DNA of 32,000 bases. Origin: a virus. How positions within the stretch are numbered: the first letter of the stretch is position 1; every line of letters begins with the position of its first letter. Positions 25,371-32,000 of this stretch are shown in pieces. The stretch spans positions 6,225 through 38,224 of IMG/VR virus record IMGVR_UViG_3300045988_135512; one strand, written 5' to 3'. Below the pieces are notes generated by a model, which saw only the letters and a program-made list of their open reading frames with translations, was not told the origin of the DNA and ran no database searches. A program made the translations under genes and the position numbers.

Positions 25371-25724
25371 ATGATGATTGCAGGTATGTATGATGTTGAA
25401 GACGAAGTTTATTATTATACAAATAATTTTGTCGATTTCTATGATAAAAATGAGAATAAAATACCAGAGGAAGAATTAAAAGAATGGGCTATGTTTCTGA
25501 ATAGCCCTTGGAGAGAAAAAGGTGAGAAATACGTTACAAGACGTACAAACATCATTTGGGGTGAAGAACATCTATGGGAAACATGTTATAGGGTAATGAG
25601 TCGTGATTTTGGTTGCTCTAGTATCCTTGGCTATGGCGATACACCAAGAGAGTCTTTCGAAAATTGTGTCTCTAATTTTGCAAAGGTACAAGAGAAATAC
25701 AATTCAGAAGGAAAGCAATTTTGA
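25371..25724 (+). CDS. Hypothetical protein
   Basis: 117-aa acidic ORF. Confidence 0.6.
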   Translation: MMIAGMYDVEDEVYYYTNNFVDFYDKNENKIPEEELKEWAMFLNSPWREKGEKYVTRRTNIIWGEEHLWETCYRVMSRDFGCSSILGYGDTPRESFENCVSNFAKVQEKYNSEGKQF

Positions 25725-25735
25725 GGTGAAAAGCA

Positions 25736-26014
25736 ATGTATGTAGAGAATATTGTAATAGGAAAGCCGGTTGTAGAGCCACAGCATTTATTTGCTTTAGA
25801 CGAAGATGACTGGAATAGAGTAGAAAAAGAGAAAACTTATTATACAGAAGAGCGTTTCTTGCCAAGAATTCTTGTGGACATTGGTATCTATCCATCTATT
25901 AGTGAGATTCGTAGAAATAAGCCGCAGCTGGTGATCAACTTAGACCATATGGATTTTATGGATGGATTAAAGGTAAGTAAGAAACGAAAATTATGGATTG
26001 CGATTGGAGAATAA
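25736..26014 (+). CDS. Hypothetical protein
   Basis: 92-aa ORF with GAGGTG upstream. Confidence 0.6.
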   Translation: MYVENIVIGKPVVEPQHLFALDEDDWNRVEKEKTYYTEERFLPRILVDIGIYPSISEIRRNKPQLVINLDHMDFMDGLKVSKKRKLWIAIGE

Positions 26015-26018
26015 GCTT

Positions 26019-26546
26019 ATGAAGACGTTAATTGTTATAGATATGCAGAACGATTTTATTACAGGACCATTGGGAACGACAGAAGCACGAGCAATCGTAC
26101 CGAATGTAAAGAAGAAGGTTGAAGAATATCGAAAGAACGGATATAAAATTATTTTTACAAGAGATACGCATGGAATGTTCTATCTTGATACAGCTGAAGG
26201 AAAGAAACTTCCTGTTGAGCATTGCATTAAAGATACAGATGGTTGGCAGATTGGAATTGAAGTTACACCAGACAATTATAAGTTTATAGATAAAACTTCT
26301 TTTGGATATGCAGATTGGAAAGAAATCTTTCCAGATTATTATTATAAATCAGGAAACGATAAAATAGAGTTAATTGGCGTATGTAGTGATATCTGTGTGA
26401 TCTCGAATGCACTTATCCTTAAAGCTACTTATCCAGAAGTTGATATTACTGTAGATGCAAGCTGTTGTGCAGGTTCTACACCAGAGAAACATAAAGCTGC
26501 ATTGGATGTCATGAAAAGCTGCCAGATTAATGTGATTGGAGAATAA
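26019..26546 (+). CDS. Nicotinamidase/isochorismatase-like cysteine hydrolase
   Basis: MKTLIVIDMQNDFITGPLG (catalytic Asp), Lys in IDKTSFGY, and ELIGVCSDICVISNAL (catalytic Cys) match the PncA family. Confidence 0.8.
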   Translation: MKTLIVIDMQNDFITGPLGTTEARAIVPNVKKKVEEYRKNGYKIIFTRDTHGMFYLDTAEGKKLPVEHCIKDTDGWQIGIEVTPDNYKFIDKTSFGYADWKEIFPDYYYKSGNDKIELIGVCSDICVISNALILKATYPEVDITVDASCCAGSTPEKHKAALDVMKSCQINVIGE

Positions 26547-26718
26547 TATTATAGATCTTGTAGGATATTGGTTAATGACATTAGTTGTAACAATTTTTGT
26601 CGTAATTATATTTGGTTATGATTTAGACTTTAAAGAAAAAGCAAAAATGTGTCTGTGCGAGGCACTTCTAATGGCAATGCTGATTATTGCAGTATGGTTA
26701 ATGATAGGTGGGAAATAA
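26536..26718 (+). CDS. Small two-TM membrane protein
   Basis: 60-aa ORF; LVGYWLMTLVVTIFVVIIFGY...LLMAMLIIAVWLMIGG. Confidence 0.6.
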   Translation: MENNIIDLVGYWLMTLVVTIFVVIIFGYDLDFKEKAKMCLCEALLMAMLIIAVWLMIGGK

Positions 26719-26719
26719 G

Positions 26720-26887
26720 ATGACAGATGATAAACCATTCGATAAAGAATTATTCTATCGTTTATGTGAGAAATATAATGTAGAGCTTTCCGATAAGTAC
26801 GATAAACCAATGATAAAAGAATCTGATGGTACAGTAAGGTCATTAACCGATAAAGATGTTTTAAATATATTGGAGGTAAACAGATGA
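26720..26887 (+). CDS. Small hypothetical protein (55 aa)
   Basis: MTDDKPFDKELFYRLCEKYNVELSDKYDKPMIKESDGTVRSLTDKDVLNILEVNR*; ATGA overlap with the next ORF. Confidence 0.55.
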   Translation: MTDDKPFDKELFYRLCEKYNVELSDKYDKPMIKESDGTVRSLTDKDVLNILEVNR

Positions 26888-27618
26888 GATTCAAAGGAGA
26901 TATTATCATTACTGATCCATGTTATATCTGTAAAGAAAAAGAGCTGGTTGGAGAATATCCTAAAAGAGATGATTATTTTATCTATGGGACAGATATTGAA
27001 AAGTATCCTGATGCAGTGAGAGAAGTAATTGATATTAGCAAAGAATGTTCAGAAATGGTAAAGGTATTAGAACAGTTAGATAAAGCTTTGGGCCATACAG
27101 ATCCTGAATATCGTAAGAAACATTCAAGAACACATTTTGTATCTAAGATATATGAAGAATGCAATAAAAAATATAAAGAGGCATTAGATGAATATTATGA
27201 ATTGAATGAGGATGATTGGGAAAAGTCTAATTTAGGTGAAAATATGGAAGTCCTTGGAATCAATACGTATATTAGTCGTGATACTTTATATGGTGATTGG
27301 AGTTGTACAACTTATAACTCTGACACCAAAGAGAAACTTGGAGAATTTTGCGCTGATGTAGGTGGGGTGGCAGTATTTCTTCTGGATGAAGTTCTGAAAT
27401 ATAATCCAGATTATGATGATCATATTGCTAAACCATGGACAACTACTTTGATTAAAGATTTTGATGGAGAAGTAAATTTTGAAATCATTCACGATGAAGT
27501 TAGTGTAATTGGTAAAGGAAATATTAATTTCGAGACACATCAGACAGGATTTTATGAGAAGATTCGCACAAACTCTTACTTTGTTGATAAATGGGTGCAT
27601 TTCGTCAGAAAGGCATGA
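26884..27618 (+). CDS. Hypothetical protein
   Basis: 244-aa ORF; MRFKGDIIITDPCYICKEKEL start. Confidence 0.7.
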   Translation: MRFKGDIIITDPCYICKEKELVGEYPKRDDYFIYGTDIEKYPDAVREVIDISKECSEMVKVLEQLDKALGHTDPEYRKKHSRTHFVSKIYEECNKKYKEALDEYYELNEDDWEKSNLGENMEVLGINTYISRDTLYGDWSCTTYNSDTKEKLGEFCADVGGVAVFLLDEVLKYNPDYDDHIAKPWTTTLIKDFDGEVNFEIIHDEVSVIGKGNINFETHQTGFYEKIRTNSYFVDKWVHFVRKA

Positions 27619-27764
27619 GACCTGTATTGCATGGTAAAGTTAGAAAGGTAGACGATTCTGGCCTTTGTATGATTAGAGGTAAAAGAGCAAAAATACGATT
27701 TGCCAATGTAGATGATATAATTGGTATCTATGATAAAAAGTCTGATTGTTATGCAGTTAAATAA
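27615..27764 (+). CDS. Small hypothetical protein (49 aa)
   Basis: ATGA overlap; MRPVLHGKVRKVDDSGLCMIRGKRAKIRFANVDDIIGIYDKKSDCYAVK*. Confidence 0.5.
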   Translation: MRPVLHGKVRKVDDSGLCMIRGKRAKIRFANVDDIIGIYDKKSDCYAVK

Positions 27765-27823
27765 AATTTCTTGAAGCAGATCGCTTAAAATTTCCATAAA
27801 TAAGAGAATAAATAGGTGAATAT

Positions 27824-28855
27824 ATGATTGATGAGATTAAGAAAAAAGTCAGTAGTGGAGAATATGATTTTCTAAGAACCAATGAGCATCTTGGAAAGAA
27901 TATTATTCTTCTTGGTTTGGGTGGTAGTTATGCCTATAGCACTAATGTAGAGAATTCGGACTTGGATTGCCGCGGCTGTGCCTTAAATAGCAAGATGGAT
28001 ATTTTGACTAATCAGAATTTTGAACAGTTCGTAAATGAACAGACTGATACAACAATATATTCGTTCAATAAGTTAGTTTCGTTATTACTGAATGTAAATC
28101 CTAATACTATTGAGTTGTTAGGATTAAAGCCTGAGCATTATTTATACGTAACATCGATTGGTCAGGAATTATTAGATAATGCCCATTTATTTTTATCCAG
28201 GAAAGCTGTGTATTCTTTTGGTGGTTATGCGAACCAGCAGCTTCGGCGTTTAAGTAATAAGGCGGCAAGAGTAGTAGGGCAAGAAGAAAGAGAACAACAT
28301 ATTCTCAATAGTATTATGAATGCCGTATATACATTTCCTAGCAAATATGCTTATTATCCAGAAGATTCACTTAAGCTCTATATTGATAAGTCAGATAAAG
28401 AAGATTATAATACAGAAATTTTCATGGATATGAATTTTAAACATTATCCACTGAGAGATTATAAAGCAATGTGGTCTGAAATGAACTGTGTAGTAAAAGA
28501 TTATGCGAAGATTGGGAAGCGTAATCAGAATGCTATCGAACATGGAAAACTAGGAAAACACATGATGCATTTAGTTCGTCTTTATTATATGTGTTTTGAC
28601 ATTTTAGAGAATGAAAAAATTGTTACATACAGAGGAAAAGAACATGACTTATTGATGGATATTCGCAATGGTAAATATCTGGACGGTAACGATCAGCCGA
28701 TTCCTGAATTTTATGAGTTGGTGGATGAGTTGGATAAAAGATTAGCTTATGATAAGAAAAATACTTCTTTACCAGAGAATCCTGATTATAATGCAGTAAA
28801 TGAATTTATGGCAAGTGTTAATGAGAGAGTTGTAAAAGGAGAAATTAAATGTTAG
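27824..28855 (+). CDS. Predicted nucleotidyltransferase (DNA polymerase beta-like superfamily)
   Basis: IILLGLGGSYAYSTNVENSDLDCRGC matches the GSxx(G)T...SDxDxRG signature. Confidence 0.75.
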   Translation: MIDEIKKKVSSGEYDFLRTNEHLGKNIILLGLGGSYAYSTNVENSDLDCRGCALNSKMDILTNQNFEQFVNEQTDTTIYSFNKLVSLLLNVNPNTIELLGLKPEHYLYVTSIGQELLDNAHLFLSRKAVYSFGGYANQQLRRLSNKAARVVGQEEREQHILNSIMNAVYTFPSKYAYYPEDSLKLYIDKSDKEDYNTEIFMDMNFKHYPLRDYKAMWSEMNCVVKDYAKIGKRNQNAIEHGKLGKHMMHLVRLYYMCFDILENEKIVTYRGKEHDLLMDIRNGKYLDGNDQPIPEFYELVDELDKRLAYDKKNTSLPENPDYNAVNEFMASVNERVVKGEIKC

Positions 28856-29045
28856 AAGGTATAATTTACGGTCTAATAACTGCATGGATTTTAACATGGT
28901 TTGATGTAGATGAGATTTTTATTGACGCTTTAAAAATGTTTTGCCTAGTATTCCATTAAATACAAATCATTTTTATGTTGTTTGCGCAATTATAGGCTGC
29001 GCTAATGGTTTGATTAGCAATTTAAAGTAAAAGGAGAATAACAAG

Positions 29046-29270
29046 ATGAAAGAATTTAGAGTCACACAGGATGCAAATTATGTACAGGGCTATTTGAAGT
29101 ATGGACACAGAGAAGGGATTATCGAAGCAGAATCAAAAGAAGACGCTTTAGACAAGTTAAGAAATGACAGTTATACAGATTATCTCGATTTTGTGCTGGA
29201 TGATTATAGTTTAGAGGATGCAGACTATGATGATCAGCCGTTTGAAATCGAAGAGATTGAGGAAGAATAA
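29046..29270 (+). CDS. Small acidic hypothetical protein
   Basis: 74-aa ORF with AAGGAG RBS. Confidence 0.6.
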   Translation: MKEFRVTQDANYVQGYLKYGHREGIIEAESKEDALDKLRNDSYTDYLDFVLDDYSLEDADYDDQPFEIEEIEEE

Positions 29271-29482
29271 TGTGGATAAAAGATATAAAATACGAAGGTC
29301 TTGGAATCTACAGGATAGATATGCAGCCTAATAATGGAATCATTATTAAATTTGAAGCGAATAATATACAAAATTGCAAAGAACAATTCATAAAAGAAAT
29401 AAGTCGCGATTTTGATATTATAGTAGATCAAAAATTGAAAGAAATTTGAAATTTTGTTTTCATACGAAAGGAGAATAACGAT

Positions 29483-30070
29483 ATGAAAGTAACACTTGAG
29501 TTGGATAATCTTGAGAATATAGTACAGACAACATTAGAAAAAAATCTTGAAAATGTTGTAAAAGAACAGATTGCTGATATTGTAAAAAAGACTGCTGATA
29601 ATTTAATGAAAGATACTATCAATGCACAGGTTTCTGAGAATTTCCAGCACTTTGTTGACGAGTATATTACAACAAAGAAAATTAAGATAGGCGGATCTTA
29701 TTGGGATAATGAACCTGAGCAGGAATATACAGTAGAGCAGTATATTAAGCAGCAGCTGAAGGAAAAGTTAGATTCGAAAAAACTAAAATTAAAGAAGCAG
29801 GATAGTTACGGTCGTTATACAAATAATTACGAAGAAGTAAGCTTTGAGACATATATTTCTCGTCAGTTTGATCCTTCTGAAGAAATTAAAAAAGAATTAG
29901 ATACATTTATGGATGATATTCGTAAACAGGTAAATACAACAATGAAAGAAACTTTTGATAATTCTACCAAGTCCATGTTGTCTAATGCTGTTTTAAGTAT
30001 TCTCAGCGCAAATGATACATACAGACAGATTGAGAACAATATTAAATGCATCGCAGATAAACAGGCGTAA
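29483..30070 (+). CDS. Hypothetical helical protein
   Basis: 195-aa ORF with AAAGGAG RBS. Confidence 0.7.
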   Translation: MKVTLELDNLENIVQTTLEKNLENVVKEQIADIVKKTADNLMKDTINAQVSENFQHFVDEYITTKKIKIGGSYWDNEPEQEYTVEQYIKQQLKEKLDSKKLKLKKQDSYGRYTNNYEEVSFETYISRQFDPSEEIKKELDTFMDDIRKQVNTTMKETFDNSTKSMLSNAVLSILSANDTYRQIENNIKCIADKQA

Positions 30071-30073
30071 GAT

Positions 30074-30247
30074 ATGGAAAAAGAAGTTTTTGAAAACGAT
30101 TGGGAAGACTGTGAATATTGTAAATGTTCATATTATGAATATGATACTGGTTATAGTGAATATGAGTGTTTGTTAGATAACAAAGATTGTTTTGGTGGTG
30201 AATTAGAATTTGGTTGTCCATTATCATTCAAATACATAGTTGAGTAG
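30074..30247 (+). CDS. Small Cys/Tyr-rich protein (57 aa)
   Basis: MEKEVFENDWEDCEYCKCSYYEYDTGYSEYECLLDNKDCFGGELEFGCPLSFKYIVE*. Confidence 0.5.
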   Translation: MEKEVFENDWEDCEYCKCSYYEYDTGYSEYECLLDNKDCFGGELEFGCPLSFKYIVE

Positions 30248-30314
30248 AGAATAATTCTATAGAATATCATGAGTATTTCGCTCAGAAATCCAATATAAAA
30301 CAATTAAATAGAGG

Positions 30315-30683
30315 GTGAATATGAAAATAGAAGCAATATCTACTCGCAGTCAGAAGAAAGAGTACGAATGGCTTTGCGTAGAAAGTAGCGTCCATTTTGA
30401 CTGGAACGGATGTTTCTGCAGAAAACCATTTATGTATCTAATTGTTTGGAAAGATAAGTATTTTTCAGAGAAGCAATATGTTATCCAGGTGTCAGTTTTG
30501 GACTATGATGATTATTTTGTTGGATGTGCTTATTATCCTGGTCAGGATCGATTTACAGAGGTTTTACATGAAATCATTAACTGGATGAATGATTTGGAAC
30601 ATGGCGTTGTCGACTATAGAGAATATGTAAAAGACTGTGAAGGTTTCTTTCCTGACTGTGGGTGTGAGAGAGAATTGTATTAA
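30315..30683 (+). CDS. Hypothetical protein
   Basis: 122-aa ORF, MKIEAISTRSQKKEYEW start after GAGGG. Confidence 0.65.
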   Translation: MNMKIEAISTRSQKKEYEWLCVESSVHFDWNGCFCRKPFMYLIVWKDKYFSEKQYVIQVSVLDYDDYFVGCAYYPGQDRFTEVLHEIINWMNDLEHGVVDYREYVKDCEGFFPDCGCERELY

Positions 30684-30717
30684 GGAAATTAAATAATGAA
30701 AAATAATATAACGAGAG

Positions 30718-30870
30718 AGGAGAACACCTTATCCTAGTGAAACTAGGTTGCTATCAGATTAGTCTGGTGAATGATAGCGTAAAGTAGAACGGAGTGGCTG
30801 TGCCTCACTAAGCACTTAATAATGCATCCAAGCCGATTGTTATATTGCCGCGTACCAAGGATTTTGGTTT
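30718..30870 (+). ncRNA. Candidate structured leader RNA or inserted element
   Basis: CCTAGT-gaa-ACTAGG (30733-30747); GCTATC...GATAGC enclosing CAGA/TCTG (30750-30778). Noncoding, between an orphan RBS (GAGAGGAG) and the PAPS-reductase-like ORF. Confidence 0.4.
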
Positions 30871-31596
30871 GTGGCTGGTGTGAAAGTTTGTTGGTTTAGT
30901 ACAGGAATTAGTAGTTTTGTAGCATGTTATTTAGCAAAGGACGTAGATGAGATTATTTATACTCACATTCCTAATCAGCATCCTGATAGTCTGAGATTTC
31001 TGCATGATTGCGAGAAACTTCTTGGTAGAAAGATCACAATATTGCAATCTACCAGATTTAAAGATGTTGATGATGTGATTATGAAGACTCGTTGTATTAA
31101 TACACCATATGGTGCGCCTTGTACTAAGTTTTTAAAGAAAGAAGTGCGAAAACAATGGGAGAAAGAACATCCAGATCACCATATTTATGTATGGGGATAT
31201 GATATGAATGAGCAGCGTAGAGCTGATCGTTTAGTAAATACCATGACAGATTATGATCATGAATTTCCATTAATCGAGAATAAATTTACGAAAGAAGATT
31301 GTCATGCATTGGCGAAGAAACTTGGATTAAAGAGACCAATGATGTATGAGTTAGGTTATCCTAACAACAATTGCGTTGGATGCGTAAAAGGTGGCATGGG
31401 CTACTGGAATAAAATTCGAGTAGATTTCCCCGAAGTTTTTGAACGCAGAGCCAAGGAGGAAAGAGAAATTGGTCATAGCTGTATCAAAGGTGTATTCCTG
31501 GATGAACTTGATCCTAAACGTGGACGTATGGATCTTGAAGTAATGGAAGATTGCGGAATCGCATGTCAGTTATTTTCAAGAGAGAATTTAGAGTAA
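30871..31596 (+). CDS. PAPS reductase / adenine-nucleotide alpha-hydrolase-like protein
   Basis: KVCWFSTGISSFVACYLAKDVDEIIYTHIPNQHPDSLRF (PP-loop variant) and CIKG...C late motif. Non-ATG start (GTG). Confidence 0.7.
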   Translation: MAGVKVCWFSTGISSFVACYLAKDVDEIIYTHIPNQHPDSLRFLHDCEKLLGRKITILQSTRFKDVDDVIMKTRCINTPYGAPCTKFLKKEVRKQWEKEHPDHHIYVWGYDMNEQRRADRLVNTMTDYDHEFPLIENKFTKEDCHALAKKLGLKRPMMYELGYPNNNCVGCVKGGMGYWNKIRVDFPEVFERRAKEEREIGHSCIKGVFLDELDPKRGRMDLEVMEDCGIACQLFSRENLE

Positions 31597-31625
31597 TAGA
31601 ATAGATACAAAAAGGAGAAATGAAT

Positions 31626-31916
31626 ATGGGAGAGTATGGACTAAAATTTGCAATATATATATTTGAAGATGAACGTTATTATAACATATTATATAGCGAT
31701 TTTGGCATCAAAATAATTATGCACACAAAAGAAAACGGTCATAATCTCCCGCATGTTCATATTCAATATCAAGACAAAGAGGCTGTTATTAGTCTAATTG
31801 ATGGTAGTGTTCTTAAAGGAAATATAAAAAAATCAAGATATAATTACGCAAAAAGATATGTTATAGAAAATAGAGAAGAGCTTTTGCGTAGATATAATGA
31901 AATAATTATTGTTTAG
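31626..31916 (+). CDS. DUF4160-like small protein
   Basis: KIIMHTKENGHNLPHVHIQYQDKEAVISLIDGSVLKGNI...VIENREELLRRYNEI. ATG 31626 (MGEYG) is closer to an ordinary start than 31620. Confidence 0.65.
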   Translation: MGEYGLKFAIYIFEDERYYNILYSDFGIKIIMHTKENGHNLPHVHIQYQDKEAVISLIDGSVLKGNIKKSRYNYAKRYVIENREELLRRYNEIIIV

Positions 31917-32000
31917 AGAATAACCAACTGAAAGTTTTATTTCATGCGAATTAATGTAAATACACACAAAACAAAGGTGGTGATGATATGAAAACAGTAG

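Noticed and set aside
28990-29030. GCTAAT-GGTTTG-ATTAGC hairpin near 29001-29018 as a terminator
   Set aside because: A short 6-bp AT-rich stem without a U-tract, too weak to call.

Overview
A 32 kb, AT-rich, almost entirely plus-strand window packed with short ORFs. It looks like part of a large phage or plasmid-type extrachromosomal element from a gut Firmicute (Lachnospiraceae-like); host and replicon type are inference, and no virion structural genes are seen. The main discovery candidate is at 12795-14824. A compact CRISPR-like array (four 36-nt repeats, three of them identical, with three 30-nt spacers) is followed by about 233 nt of noncoding sequence with tracrRNA/omegaRNA-like pairing and then by a 520-aa IscB-type RuvC/HNH nuclease with all expected catalytic motifs. 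No cas1, cas2, cas9 or IS200/IS605 transposase is present. Other notable items are: a sigma-70-like/DUF262(GmrSD-N-like) fusion protein; a promoter with two LexA/DinR-type SOS boxes driving a tRNA-containing leader; a truncated tRNA-like element; two unexplained structured-RNA candidate regions; a divergent adenylosuccinate-synthetase (PurA/PurZ-family) paralogue; a YfaP-like/VWA gene group; and HicAB and MazF-type toxin modules. All family calls come from motif reading, with no database search.
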